Notes: generated by a model not told the origin, from the letters alone. Numbered from the stretch's first letter, positions 11,713 through 26,029 are shown. The stretch is 64,000 nucleotides of DNA from Blasia pusilla (GCA_050084515.1 CM114271.1:22568001-22632000), one strand, 5' to 3'. Translations and numbers: made by a program.

Positions 11713-14536
11713 TTACCCTAGAACATGTCTGAAGTTCACGAGGAACAGGGCTACTAGGCAGCCCATGGTCATCACGATCGATATTTCCGATCCTTGGCCG
11801 GCGCCGCTGCCTGGAACGTTTCCGCCGGTCGTGGTGGTAAGATTACTGCTCACCCACAACACGCCCGATTAGTGTGCGGAATGGGAGTGATACTTTAATT
11901 CGGCGCACATCTCCCAAGGCACGAAGACTGCATATGAAAAAGAAAACCACATGTCCACCAAGCATCTTCTAGCACCAGGACTAGCTTGCACACATCCCCA
12001 GAGCCCTAGGAAGCCAGCCCATGTCTGTAACTCCAAAGATGAGTGGACCGGCGTTGGACTGGCATCAAGAGCTGCACCTCCACTGCTGGGAATAGGGTCA
12101 TGGACAGAAATGCAAATGAAAAGAGCGAACGAGGAGGCAGAATCTGTACCTGGCCTGGTATACGCAACCTTGGTAACCTGCACAAAACAGACAGACGGAC
12201 ACACAAGGCTTAATGTCCGTCCACTGGAAGCTCCAATAAAAGTATGTCTAATCCCACATTCGAATTGCTCCAATGCGTTTTGATGGCGAGGAAACAAAGA
12301 GGCCACCCATTTACTCGAAACCATGATAGGCCATCAATTGGATAATTCTGAGGCACAGCCAGCATCCTCGATTCACTGACAATCAAGTGATCGAGCTAGA
12401 ATCCGAGCATAAACACGAGACGGTATTCAGAACGTGTTGAGCTTACTTGGATTGTAGCTGACAATTTGCCCAACACCTCTGAAGTCACATGTGTCGGGGG
12501 CGTTCCCGTTCTTTTGATAGTAGCTGTTGAAGGCCCACGAAGCGTGCGACTCAATCGTATCGGGGAGGAAGCAGGCGGCCCCTTTCTTGATAGTTGAGCA
12601 ATTCACGCCTCCTTGGCCGCAAGTCCAGTCCAGAGCTTGCTGCAATCCCTGTTGACTGACTTGCTTCTTCGCTACACACCAAGTCTGGTATGTGGTACTG
12701 TTGCCGGCCAGCACTCGACCCTGACCAGTAAGATCGACATTGTACAGTGGAGTCAGAGTGTTTGTGAAAAGGCCGTAGTTGCGCTCTGAAGTGGGTCCAG
12801 TTCTGAGGTCCTCGTCGAAGAGCTCGTAAATGTAGACAGAGAGAGGGGCGGTGGGCTTGTACGGAGTACCCATTACACTCCTGTTGTAAACGCGCTTCGC
12901 AAGGTTTCCATTGTACTGAGCAGCATTGACGGTCGTTGCACCGAACTCATTGGCGTCTCCTTGAGAAGGCCAGCCCGTTTCAGTCACCACGATGTCAATT
13001 TGGCTGAAATTTAGAGCTGCCATGGCGTAGTAGCCGGCATCAACCAAAGCGTCGAAGAGACTGCTGTACTCCAAGTTGGAGTATGTGTCCGGCACAGGGG
13101 TGACGGGCTGAAACAGGGCATACTGAAGGTCCACAGCCTGAAGATTGGACTGGTAGGTGTAGTATGGGTATACATTGAGCATCAGGCTTGATCCAGTGAG
13201 GGAGAGAAACTGCAACAGGGGTATGAGGACAGGGACCAGAGTCTTGTTGAATGTAGATTGAGAAGGAGGGAAAGAATTTTGGAAGATGTCAGTGCTGTGG
13301 GGCGTGGAGACACTAATTTGGGAGCTGAGGCCATTCGCGACTAGCGCGTCATTGACCCACAGCATGGTTCGGACGAGGGTAGTGGAGAAAGATGGGAAGC
13401 TAGTGAGCACTTCGCTGCCCACTGCAATCGCTGTTATGTTCACAGTGCCTGCGTAGGGCACCACATTGTCCATGACCCACGATGCTGCGGTAGCATTTGT
13501 TCTTCCGACATCGGCGAGCTGATCGTTGGGGATTCCGATGATCACCGTTATGCCAGAACCGGCGAATGCCTTCAACACATCCTGGTTGGTGTCGTAGATT
13601 CTTACGTGCTCGACGCCGTTGTCCTCCAGAAGCTTCACAGTGGAGGACGGAATGGGAACATTGCTCCCCTGTGTGCCATAAACCACCCCAAGGGTCGCTC
13701 CTGCAGCTCCTGCACCATCCACGAAAGAGATGTACGTACGATGTGAGGTACTCAGTCTATTATCTCTCATTCCAAAGACAGCTAGAAAATCTTTCCGCTA
13801 CTAGCACAGATGACGCAAACCGATGGCCTTCGCCACGTCTCGCGGTGATCCCGGATTATCAGGGTCCGAGCCACCGGGCGACACGGCCTTAGACTCCGAG
13901 CAGCAGGGGCTTCGCCGACAGATTCAACAGACTTCGCTCGAGCTGAAATTTATTTGTCGGACGAAAGTGGATAGAGCCATTCAATCTGAGACTATAAGGG
14001 GTGGCGATTTGCTACTTCGCTCAACTACCAGGCAAAACGTTGGACATGTCTTTGCGCGACTAGAGTTCAAGAAAAGTGCAGGATCACTCGCTCATAAATC
14101 TGAGGGTTTATCGGGGGAGGGAAGGGGGACAGTGACATAATTTCATTGACAAAACACCTTGACTGTAAAGCTTCGGCACACCCGCAGAGGAATTCGTAGC
14201 TTTCGTACAACAACGGCTATGGTGGCAAACCCATCTAAATCCCTTCCTTCAGACAGCTGTGGTGCAAAAAGTCCAATTGCGGGACTGGGCATCCACCAGC
14301 ACGAGCCCGTCCGTGAGATGGGTAAGAACATCGGATGTAAAGCAGGCCTGTGCTCGCACGATTACACGAAGAGTGGATACAATCAGTCCATGAAACACAT
14401 GAGCGATGGGGATTCGCGTGTCCGGGCACTAGCACCGACCACTCGACGGGAACTCACCGGCACACTGAATGAGAAGAGCGACGAGCAGAGTCTGCAGCGC
14501 GAAGAAGAGACTGATCCGTTGGGTAATCCTACCCAT
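11713..14536 (-). CDS. Glucan endo-1,3-beta-glucosidase (GH17 + X8/CBM43 + GPI-anchor signal), about 500 aa, 4 exons: 14536-14458, 13709-12447, 12177-12150, 11845-11713
   Basis: Exon 1 is a signal peptide (MGRITQRISLFFALQTLLVALLIQCA). GT-AG introns keep the frame. GH17 motifs GVVYG, AVGSEV, NVYPY, VTETGWPS, YELFDED, ERNYGLF; X8 WCVAK...ALDWTCG...CDFRG; hydrophobic C-terminus. The exon 2 acceptor could alternatively be 13700. Confidence 0.93.
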
Positions 14537-17500
14537 GGGAGAGATCCCGTAATGGCCCAGCGAACACGAATTTCAGCTCCTGTCCTCGCCTCCCCACCCT
14601 CACAACATGAGCACGGCAATGTCACCAGACCCGCAGCTAGCCTAGGGCTTGGCAAGCCTGAAGTTCCAGCTGCGATTGCAAATCTCGGCGAGCTAACTAT
14701 CTAGCTACCTCACTCCACCGCAACCCGCCCTCGCTCGACGATCCTTCCACCCACAGCCTCCCCAAGCAAATAGCCGAAGTTCTCTGCAACGTCAATCGCG
14801 GGCACTTCGCAACAGCTCTGAGACGAGCGGCGTTCGGTGGGCTGCATGCGACGTCGATCCCACCCAGCACTCAGCGCGCGCCACACGAAACGAAGCTGCA
14901 CACTCTCGATCTCCTCTTCACCTCTCACCCGATCAGCACTCTCTCCTGCGCCGTATCTGGAACGATATAACAACGGTTGAGGGACTGGAGTGGGCCGACA
15001 GAGAAACCCGCAACTGCAGAGAGAGGAGAGAGCCGCGCCACCTTCGTCGAAGCTCTGCGCGACGCCGCGACGAGCGTTTAATACTCCTCACTACTACTGG
15101 AGAGGGAGAGAAGGCAGCAGCAAAGCAGAACAGAACGAACAGTGAGGCACTGAGGGCAACAGAGCGGCAGCAGAACGGTAAGAAAGAGAGGGCGGGAGGG
15201 GGGGGGGAGCGTCGACCGTCTCTGGCACCGATCGCCAGTACTTGTTCTGCCCGTTGCAAGTAGCCCCCAAGTTTAATTAATTAATTAAGCGCGACAACAT
15301 TCCAGTGTGCGCATTGATTATTACCTCATATACACACTCGACATACCAAGGAACCGAATGCTTATGGAAAAAGACGGACTCGTGCAGTACACCATCCCTA
15401 CGATTGTGGGTGGGTGGGTGGGTCGGTCGGTCGGTCGGTGAGTATGTATCGGATTCGCTCGCCATCCATGGACACCCAGCTACACTCAGCCACGGTCGCT
15501 TCATTCTTGGACCCAGACTCCCAGCACCCCAGCACCGGGCTGTGGGAACGCAGTCAACTGCATTGGGCTTCAAATAGAATCTAGGCAGAGAGGCGGGCAG
15601 AGGTAATCTTGACTCTTGAGAGGTGCGAGGTTTTCTTTTCCTTTCCTTTGCTTTTCTCTATTTTTTATTATGAGCTCGTAGACGGTTATCCACGGGAGCA
15701 TCGGGAGACGGGGCTTGTCGTCTTGCTGAGTTGGTTACCCCCATTTGGACGAGCTTAGAAATCAACATCGGGAAATGAAAGGGCGATGGGTCATTAGGTC
15801 TTCGCTTCAAGCTCCACCATTATTATCCAGCCTTTAAGCTTTTTGTTGGCAAGGAATAAATGAGACAGGCTTTATGCCTCCGGCAAGATGCATGCTGAGG
15901 GTGCTGAGGAGGAGGGGGATACTACGGAAGGGAAAGGGCACATGCGAAAAAAAAACTTTCCTTCTGCCTTTGTGGAGTGGAGTAAGGGATCTCGTACGGG
16001 AACAAACCCTCCTTGCCCCCCAAGAAAACTCCACCTCAGGGATATGCCATCTTTCGGTACTCGTGGAGCCATCCATCTTAACAAGTGAACGTGGAAAGGT
16101 CACAATGCCTACACTAGTACTGAGCAGGTGAGTCGGTCATTCGGACAAACTGCTTGATACTTTTTTCGCCTTTTTTGGAGATGGGTTCGACATGCGCTAT
16201 TTCCAGGAGGAATCTTGGACTCTTGTGATTATCATAACTCGATCCTTCTGGGCCTTTCAAGTGCTGAAAGGCTTGGACGATCTTGCGAACTCTTCCGCTG
16301 AAAGACCATCATCAGAACTCATTCGTCCTTCACCTCCCAAGTTCTGGCAACTATACCATATACAATATAAGGAACCAGCCATCTCATACCTAGGCACGAG
16401 AAAAAAGACGAGGACCTCTCGGTCTCGACCACGCATGGCTGGCAGAAACTCTGTCTTGGAGGGTGGAGTCAACCATCTCGGAAGAGACTACGAGAATATC
16501 GCATCTTTATCATGGAGGGAAGCAAGGGGCCGATCGGAAACTCATTGGGAGAGCAGGTTTTCGAGCATGCGAACAACATCGGGTCATGAGACACGAGGAG
16601 GAGGTCCATTTGGAATGGTGACCATAAAAGGGACCGGAAAACCCCAGATTCTTTGTATGTAATGAAGCATATCTCATGACTGAAGACGGAAAGAGACGAG
16701 GACATCGAGTCTTATTGGCAGAGACCGGAGAGCTGAGCACTCATGGGTGCGATACAATTCCGACTTTTAGAACGTTCGCTTGTAAGGAAGGAACCATACG
16801 TAACCATTTGCCAACGCAGCCCGAGGCCCTCGAGTCTTGTCGAGAGAAAGAGCAGAGAGCCGTAGACTTCCTCCACACTGCGAACCCTATTCCAGAGCTT
16901 AGAAAGAGAACGTCCGGTGACTAAACTCGAGCATATGCAGTCGTCCCCGCATTAAGTTACAAGACAGCCAGAAACCCCTCACGATTACCCAGTCGCGACC
17001 ACGAAAGGGAGCGAGCAGAGAGCCCCAGAAACTCCTTGGGAAAAACCAACCCTCTCATTACGGAACACGAGGAAAGACGCGGATCTCGATTCTCGACCAC
17101 AGACGGGGGGGACCAGAGCTTGCACAGAGAGCCAGAAACGGCTCAAAAGTACATGTAAGGCTAGTCGTCGTACGTCGAATCAGCCATCCCGTTGAAGCCA
17201 CTCGATTCTGTATACTCTCAACGAAAACTACCGAGTTCACGCTCAGGACGGTTGGTAAAGTGAAGCGCGTTTTAAATGGCCACAAGCAGCACGGATCCAG
17301 CGGCACGGCTAGGAAGAAAACTACGTCCAGTATCCCGAATAATTATACATAACGAGAGTACACCATGCAATACACGAAACGCAAGGTATTGAACTACCTC
17401 GTAGCTATGGCTACTTCTTGTAACTTGTAGGCGTGGGTTGGTGGACCCGGCTCCCGAATGGAAAGAGTGCGACATTCAACGTAACTCTGTACAGCAGCAT

Positions 17501-18555
17501 AGTACATTACTGTACTGTTAGATCGTGCCTGCCGGGGCGGAGCTATGTCGTCGTAAATACATGCTCTCTCTATGAGCTTATACACTTCAAAGTTCATACG
17601 GTACAAGCATTCATCCATCGCTCGCTCGGGATTGCTGGCATGGCAGGTGTTTCAAGCATCGGAGTCTGGAATGGACGGTGCTAGAATCCTATGCACACTT
17701 GAGCGTAAAAGCGTGCTCAACTTCAGAAGTGCATCAAAAAGTACCCACGCTTTACCCTAATCCAACGAACATCAATCACACCTCATGCTCCGGATCGATC
17801 CATCCATATGGAGTATAATATATAAATAAATAGAAAATAGGATGGGAAGCCATCAAGATACAAATGAGAGAGAAAAAAAACACCCGCCGAAGGGCCAAAA
17901 CCGGCCCCGAGGAGAAAGAAGGGGGCCTTCCCCCTTCTTCCATATGTCGAAGCTCAGGCCCAGTGACATAACGAGATCCGTGCTTCGCAGTTTGCGGCAG
18001 GCACAACCTGGCAGATTGCTAACAAAGCGCATGGCTAATGAGATCACGGGAGCATCGCATTGAAGCACGAACGGGAGCTAATTGGCGAATTGGTTGAATC
18101 AATGAACCGCGCGTGTACATAAAAAGCATTTTTCTTCTCGAGTTCCAACGGCATTTGAGCTCCGACCAGGGTCCGGGGAGTTTTTTTAGAGAGGGGGAAA
18201 GTTTTGGGCAGTAGGTTGAATAAATCGGTAATTAAAAAATTTTAATCGATGTCAAAAGGTAATATTTGAAACTCCCGGGAAATTTTTCCCGTGTGTCTTT
18301 TGGACTTCAGCCTCTTTCCATCTTCATTTCTACTCCACTTCAGCCTCTTCTCGACCTCAATTTTATTGCAAACATTCACTTCACACTTTCTTTTACTACA
18401 TCATCATTGGCAAGAATTGAACCTGGCTAGGCCTCCCACCATCCGGGAGCCAAGTATTTTACCCCTCTATAATACATTCAAGCTTTTTAGTAAAAGCTTG
18501 AATGTATTAGAAAAGGGACCCCCTTATCCCTACCACTAAGCTTTTCCCCCTCATC

Positions 18556-20811
18556 TTACACATCCATAATTTTTTCACTTGGGTCTAAAGCATTTAAATT
18601 TACAAGAACCTCTGGTGGAATTTCTATCTCAGAAATATATCTCTTAGGTTTGGCATACACATAACTAAAGTGTGCTGAATTCTTCCAAAGAACTACAAAT
18701 TCAATCAACAAAGCTTCATAATCATCGATTTTCCCTTCTAAGGCAATCCTAAGAACAGCATCCAAATGCTTTGTCATTAACCTATTCCTACTTTTAGTCT
18801 TAATCACATTTTGCACAGAGAAAGCTCTCTCACAAATAGCAGTACTAACACACTGTATCCTAGCAATATTGGCTAAAATGAGCAAGTTAGAGAACTTACA
18901 TTGCAAGGACAGGCTCCAACTTACCATAGCCCACAAGTCCTTGAAGTTCCGATCTTTTCACTCCGTGGTGGCCATGAGATTAAATGATAGAAACTCTTGT
19001 TTCACAGCTCCTACACTTAGTAAATAAGGTTGCAAGTAACCTTTGAAGGGTAAGTCCGTCCCAAAATGTGCACAGAGGTCATCCAATTCCTTACAACCCC
19101 AACTATTTAGTCCCACTTGCCTTGAAGGCATGTGTAGAGGATTCATTATCCTCATAGCACTAATCAAGTTGTTATCCCTAAACCGATCTCGTAAAGCTAC
19201 ACAAACACTCTCAGAAAAATTATTTTGAAAGAACAAGGCAGCCTCTAGATCCTTTCCTGTCCGATTCCTCAACATTTCTATGCAATGGAACTTTTTGCCC
19301 CTAACATCTGATTGTAAACGTTTCAAATAACCCCCTGGAGGACCAAAGTTTGGTAGAATGTGATAACCACTTTCTTCAGAGAAAGTGGAGGCATTCAGAT
19401 CAGGATTCTCCATAACAAAATTCATTGTTATGGAAGCTATTTCAGAAGTCACTATACTACCTATGGTACTAACATCTACAAACCTATATTGGAACACCTT
19501 ATTCCAGTTAGCAAGAAGAAACAAAATATCTGCCAAAAAGTACAGTTGATAGATCATCTGAAATGATCTGAGTTTGTTATGCAAATTTGCAGCATTACCA
19601 TCATCTTCCGAGGGTGAAATATCTCTGAAATATGTAAGGATAGATTCCAATGAGTCACATAAAGTAGTAACAGCCTGCCAACGTGACAACCAGCGAATCT
19701 TGTGGTACCTCTTCATCACTTTCTGAGAATCGTTCAACTTCTCTTGCAAAGTTGCAAGACCGCACTTCCTCTTGGACGACCTTCTGAAATATCCAGCTAC
19801 AGCATTCAAGATTGAATCTACTTCTATAGATATTTCCTTACACCCAACACTTTTTTCTGTTGTTAAAGCAGCGAGATTTGTCCTGTGCGCCACACAATGC
19901 ACAGACACCATAAAAGGATTGAACTTCTGTTTCAGCTCCGATGCTACTCTGTTTTGGCTTCCTACCATAGTAGAAGCTCCATCAGATCCAAAGGCCACCA
20001 GTTTTGATCCCTCAAGTCCCGAATCCTTTATCAACTCCAACAAATTGTTAGTGATTGCGTTCGAACATTTCTCTGGACATTGTAGCAATCCTATAAAACA
20101 ACTCTATACCTGCCCCTCATCTAAGTAAGTTGCAAATACAACAAGGTGTCCAGTGACAAATATATCTTTAGACTCGTCAATCATTATCCCAAAAAAAGGA
20201 GATTGTTGCACTTTAGAAAGGTTCCTCTTGAGAAGAACCTGGCTAATATAATAACACATATCATCACAACTTTTTTCATCTTGGTACAAGTCGCGGGTTA
20301 TAGGTGCATTCACAGAAATCAATAACTTGCACAGATTTGAGAACTTTGAAAATGGCAAGGCTTCCTTTGCAACGAAATATGCACATTTAAACAAAGTCAA
20401 AAGTGCAATATCACAAGTCCGATTCGTAGTGGCTATAGCCTTGGCCATGGGTCTGTTCCCCACATTTGCAGCCCATGCAAGCTTCATGTGCTCATTAGAC
20501 TTACCATGATCTGTGAAGGTCGAAACCTTACAGTTAATGGCACCATCCCTAGCAAAGGAGCTTTTCCCCTTACGCTGTCAATAAACTTTGCAAAAAATCC
20601 GACCAGATTCTACATGGAATTCTATCCAATCGAACAAAGTATACCAAACATCCTTCCAAGCCAATTTGTTATTCTCACTCTGACTTGTCGGAGTATTTGA
20701 TTTGTCCCCTTCTCTCCCATCTGATGATCCTGACCTACTGTTCTCCTCTGCAAAGTCTTGACTAACTTCCTTGTGTAGCATCTCATTTATTGTTTGCTGT
20801 CTCTTAGCCAT
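18556..20811 (-). pseudogene. hAT transposase (ZNF862-like; TTF-type zinc finger, DDE core, hATC dimerisation domain), one 752-codon frame with 3 premature stops
   Basis: Four ORF-track segments are all in the same frame. Motifs MIDESKD, GSDGASTMVG, HCVAHRTNLA, IRWLSR, STAICERAFS. Confidence 0.88.
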
Positions 20812-21643
20812 GTAGAGGCTCAGAGAGTGTAGAACTATGACGTAGATACTAAAATATGGTGTAAAGGACCTACTATATTCTAAGTACTATTTTTCTCTTA
20901 CTGTTGTGCACTTCACTAAAGTAACCCAAACCCGCGAGCCCAAATGCCCAACCCCAGGCCCCACCCGGGTAAAACTCTAAGCGAAGCTGTGCAAGCTGCG
21001 CAACATAAACCTATCACTTAGTAGGTGCTCAAGAAACAAAGGAGCTCAAGAACATGCGGATCTAAAAACTACTCAAGAAAATGCGAATCTACAACTTACC
21101 ACCTCGCTGCACAAAGCTCCACAGCTAGTACATAGCCTGTATGTACCCTTCTAGCTACCGACCTAGACACAAACACACACGCCTAACCATACCCGCCTAT
21201 TGCAGCGCTCCTGTGGAAAATCGATTTGGTACCGAGTGATACCTCCTTCTCAAACCCTCTCTGGATCCAATCTGCCGAGCTTGAGAGGATCCTTTCACAA
21301 GCATGCAATGGAGATGTTGTGACAAGTGGGTGGAATGGAGAGAGGGAGGGAGAGAGAGAGAATGCGGTGGGAGTGGGTGAGTACGTTCAGTTCAAAGAGA
21401 GAACGTCAGCAGCACTGGGGAATGGAAGGGGTGGGATTTTGATTAGGGGGAAAAATCGGACATTGGTTATCACTGTTTCTATGGATCCTGAGGTACGATG
21501 CGCGTGTAGATAGAACGGGTAGAGGTTATTCGTAATCGAATCACAGTCGGCAATTGAATCAAGCTCTAGTGAGCTAGTTGTTAGCTAGGACTCTCGGTGA
21601 ATTATCTCCCCACGTCCAAAGTTTCGGACCGATTGCTACCAAA

Positions 21644-21748
21644 ATGGGCGAATCGAAATTGATACTCTGCTTTTTTGGACTCGTACTCGTAGCGTCAAAT
21701 ACTGTTCACGCCCAACTTTCCACAACATTCTACGATTCCAACTGCCTG
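21644..21748 (+). pseudogene. Fragment of a class III peroxidase N-terminus inside the hAT element
   Basis: MGESKLILCFFGLVLVASNTVHA-QLSTTFYDSNC: a signal peptide followed by the characteristic QLxxxFYxxxC start of mature plant peroxidases; similarity then stops. Confidence 0.7.
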
Positions 21749-22078
21749 GTTGTTGTGGCTACGTTAGTTGGTACTCGGGACTAAGTATGCAGGTGTGACA
21801 CTACAAGAAGTGTAATAAGGTGGAATCACAGGATTAAGCAGAATCAAAAGCTCAAGCGCTGAGCCGATCCAAGCGAACTCGGAGACAATTGTGTTTGAAC
21901 CCGCAGCAGTAGGAGTAGCATCTAACATGTACTAGAGCCCATACATAATAAGGCCCGTCTCTCCTTTTCAGCTATTGCTATCTCCAATGCCTGGGGACCT
22001 CCATTGAACTCTCAGTTCTTGGCTCAGCAAGACCCACCCTTCACCCAGCACTGTATTCTTGTCCCTCCGTTGTAATTC

Positions 22079-22380
22079 CTTTCTCTCGAACCCAATCAAA
22101 GTCTGCAACTCAAACAAACGCACAGAGCGAGCAGCAACAAGAAAGCGCAAAAAAACACCTGGCTCGCATCGACAAGAAGCAACAAACGAGGGGCTAGCCT
22201 TTCTCTCGAACCCAATCAAAGTCTGCAAGAGTGCAACTCAAACAAACGCACAGAGCGAGCAGCAACAAGAAAGCGCGAAAAAAAATGCCTAGCTCGCATC
22301 GACGCGATGCAACAAACGAGGGGCTAGCCTAAAAAACACCAAGGCTCCGAGCTCGCAGCGACGCGAAGGAACAAACGAGA
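22079..22380. repeat. Tandem duplication of about 120-126 bp (2 copies plus a partial third)
   Basis: ctttctctcgaacccaatcaaagtctgcaa...aacgaggggctagcct repeated at about 22079 and 22199. Confidence 0.85.
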
Positions 22381-24565
22381 GAGCGAGGAGTCAAGGAGGA
22401 GTCGAGGAGGAGTGAGGTGAGAAACTCAGAAGCAGGGAGGCATGGAAATGCCAGCCCCTCCACTCTACCCCCTCAGAGTCTCGTCCAGGCCCGAGTCGCC
22501 CAACTCCCGAGTCCCGACGTGGAGGCTTGCCCTAAGATGGAGGGCCTCGATTAAATCTGATATTTTCGAGTTTTCGGGCAGCCGGCAACTGAGGCGGAAG
22601 CAAACCGCAATTACCATTTTGGTTGACAACCAGAATCCGAATGGCATGCCGTCGGAACGGCGTATTTCCGTCACCTATTCCCTGGGATTCAGTGGAAAAC
22701 CGTCCTATCCCTTTCCGTCCAGCGAGTTTCTGGGATACCTCGAGCCCCTGTCAGAAATGCATCCGGAAAGTTCGAACACGGCCCGGAATTCTTTGAATTT
22801 TCCCGGCTAGGTCAACACGTAGCCCCGGTTCTGGCCGTTCATTGGCTCCGACGCCCCCTCGCAAGCGTGTACGGCTTACAGACAAGAAGTAAATGAGCTG
22901 CTTGAGAATGAATGAAAGAAATGTGTTCACGCTTCATCGAGGAGCGAGGAGTTTACGAGAAGATTTGGGAGAAAAGTTTGGCAGAGTATAGTGCCGGTCG
23001 GCGGGCTGGAAGTTTTTTTTTCAAAGTACATAATGACGAGGTGAAAGAAGAACTTCAATAAAAACCCTTGAAGATCCACGTGGCCCCTTCTTTATTTTCG
23101 GAGTTTTTGACTCTCTGTGCCCCTCTTTCATATCCGGATGGATTTTTAATCAAATTTTTTTAAGTCTATTATTTTTTAGAGATACAAAAGAGGGGGCATA
23201 GCGAGCCAAAACCGGCCCTCAAATAAAGAAGGGGGCTTAATAATGGGGAGGAATTGGTAGTTAGTTCTCGCAACCGCAAAACTTCCCTTAAATTTAGAAT
23301 CTTGGAATGCCCATCTAATTTATGATAATTTATTCTTCCCTCTTATTTGTATATTTCCTTTAAAAATGGAAAATTGTCAAAGTGTGAAATATTTAATTAA
23401 GAAAAAATGATTGAAATTTTTTGTTAGTGTATAATTTGTGAAGGGAAGGATTAATGATGTAACATACAAATTCAAATTTTTGTAATCCTTGCTTGCATGA
23501 GGAGACACATTTTCTTGGTGCTAGTTGTCATGTGTCAAACAGAAAGGTGAGGTGTTTGAAAATCAAGAAGGCACTCTCCCATAATAATGTAGATGTTGCC
23601 CGAGCCATGCACGCCTAGCATAATTTCCTCAATAGAATGGCTTATAAACAAGCGTCGATGCTTTTTCTTTTAATTATATTCAAAATTTTAAAATATATTT
23701 AATTTCAAATTTTAGGTGTAATTTCCACTCTTATCAATCTTAAAAGAATAATAAAATCACCCTTCCATAATATCCATCTCTCCTAAATAATTATGTTCCT
23801 CCCCAATACATCCGAAAAAATTTATTGTTCCCCTTCCACGCTTCATACCAAAATCACATTCACTAAAAAAAAATCGTAATTAATTATATGATTTTCCTGT
23901 TCCATTCAAATTTATTTTCCTTTCCCAAAATATCACATGTGAACTAATATGATTAATTTAAAAATAATTAAATCATTAATTTTAATTTTTATATTTAATT
24001 ATTATTTTCTAAAATATTAACAAATAAGAAAAATTTCACTCTTTTAAGTAATTACAATACTCCATTCAAATTTAAATCATATCCCAATCCTCTAAATTTA
24101 TACCAAGACCAACCAAAAATATCAAAATATAAACGACACACAAACTACCAACTCTGTAGAATTCATATATTGAATTAAAATTTAAAAAGGGAACATTGAA
24201 AAAAAATTCAAAAAACTAAATCTAAATCATTTTTCAAACACCTGGTGGTATATTTCTTACGTACACAAATTTTTGTCTCATCTAATGGCCACTTAAAAAC
24301 TAGATCAATACCCTACGTGAAAAACATGGATCACAAATTATGTGGATTCAAAAGGCACATCTAGCAAAACAATCACATAGCCCACTAAGTATGGGACAAC
24401 CACATAGAGAAGTACTCAGCTCTACAAACTCAATTCAATATTTTTTTACCAAAATTTTGGATGAATATGATGGGATATGACTCTTTAACTCGATTTTTTT
24501 GGTCAAATGGAGTTTTTTTAATAATTATTTACACTTTGAACTTTTTCCATTCTGATTTGTAGATT

Positions 24566-24591
24566 ATATATATATATATATATATATATAT
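24566..24591. repeat. (AT)n microsatellite
   Basis: Direct read. Confidence 0.9.
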
Positions 24592-26029
24592 TTTCATATT
24601 AAAAAATACTTTTTCTACCATCCTTCCAACTTACCACCAAAAAATCAACCTCTTTTTATAGTTTCAATTTTTTACCTCTACTTCACTTAGCTTCATCCCA
24701 AAGCACTCTTGACCTTGAGCTTTGCAAGAAGGAGACTTAGGTTAAGTCCCAAAGACTCAACCGATTCCATATTTTGTAGCTAGTTGAGAAGCCACCAAAT
24801 GCTAATTGGGTCAAATATCCCCAAGTGTGTATCCTCTCCCAAACACACATCACGATTAGTTCTTGGTTCAAGGACTTGAGAGGGTAGGGAGGGAGAGTGT
24901 CCCCTCCAATAGGTACTTCTAGGGTTCTCCGAGGGAATACTCCCTTCCCCTTTCTTCCCCTTGGATCGAAAGGGGAAGAACGTTCGCGACCTCTAGATAG
25001 GCATTCGACTAGTATCCATCAAGATGGCTTGGCATAGGCTTCTTGCAGATTGTGCATTTCTTGGCTCCCCAAATTAATACTGAAGCTTGGATTCATATTT
25101 CATGGCTAGCATCCATATTGACTCCTTGTTTAGCGCCTTAAGATTATCTTGCCTCCATTTTCATTTCATGACTTGTCTCATGACATCTTGCCCATCTTGA
25201 TTTCTTACGTGATCCTTGCTTCTTCCCCTTTACTTGACGCTTGGCTCCAAGGTGTTAAACCTCACTTGCCTTACTTTTTTCCTCGCTAGTAGCTATGTCC
25301 TTTCTCACCCAAGGCCAATCACACGACATGTATGTCTCCCAGGCGTTAGTCTTGTGGTTGGTTCCACCATCCTTCCTAATCTCCCGACTAACTAGTCTAG
25401 GTTTTGACTTTGGTAGGTCAAACCAAGATCTTTCCTCCTTAGACCTGTGATCATTACTCACTTCTTGGATCCCTGGTAGCATGGACTCCTTAGACTTAGT
25501 TATTTGCAATACTCCCCCACTTACTTCAGTCGGCGTGCTTGTTGACTGGATTTGGGCCCTCCCTAAAGAAACCATACATAATCTTTGGGTTGAATTCACC
25601 AAGGCCTTGGGTTAGGGCCTGATCCTTCACTCAACACCCAAGCCTATGCCAATCTAATCTAATGTGGCGGGTCGGATCATATTAAGTATATAAACACTTA
25701 GATCCCAATTACAGTAGCAAACTATGTCAAGCTTACCCACCTAATCTTGTGATGCCACAACACATACAAGTCATGCTCTATTCACAAGTACATGCATTGC
25801 AATAAAAACATTCAAAATCAGTTCTCATTCAAGAAACATTTTGGACACTTTCGTGAATACTTGGAATTTCCAAGTTTTCAAAAACCATTGATATCATACT
25901 AGTAAAATACGGCCAATGGAAATTCTACAAACCACGCCACTACACTCAAGTTATGCGCCAAACTCTAGTCTCACCATCTACCTTCCCTACGATTTTGTAC
26001 TTCTAAATTCCTCTAGAAGTTCCCTAACA

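Larger units (their letters stand above)
18167..22844 (-). mobile_element. hAT DNA transposon (candidate boundaries)
   Basis: Contains a hAT transposase. An 8-bp direct repeat gctccgac lies at 18159-18166 and 22845-22852. The TIRs match only weakly (cagggtccgg vs caatgaacgg). Confidence 0.6.

Noticed and set aside
12427-13770. ORF-track 447-aa ORF taken as the complete protein
   Set aside because: Both ends run into introns; the spliced model supplies the signal peptide and GPI tail.
14700-18100. Short ORFs upstream of the glucanase (e.g. 16192-16662)
   Set aside because: No recognisable domains; overlapping ORFs on both strands fit UTR, promoter and intergenic DNA.
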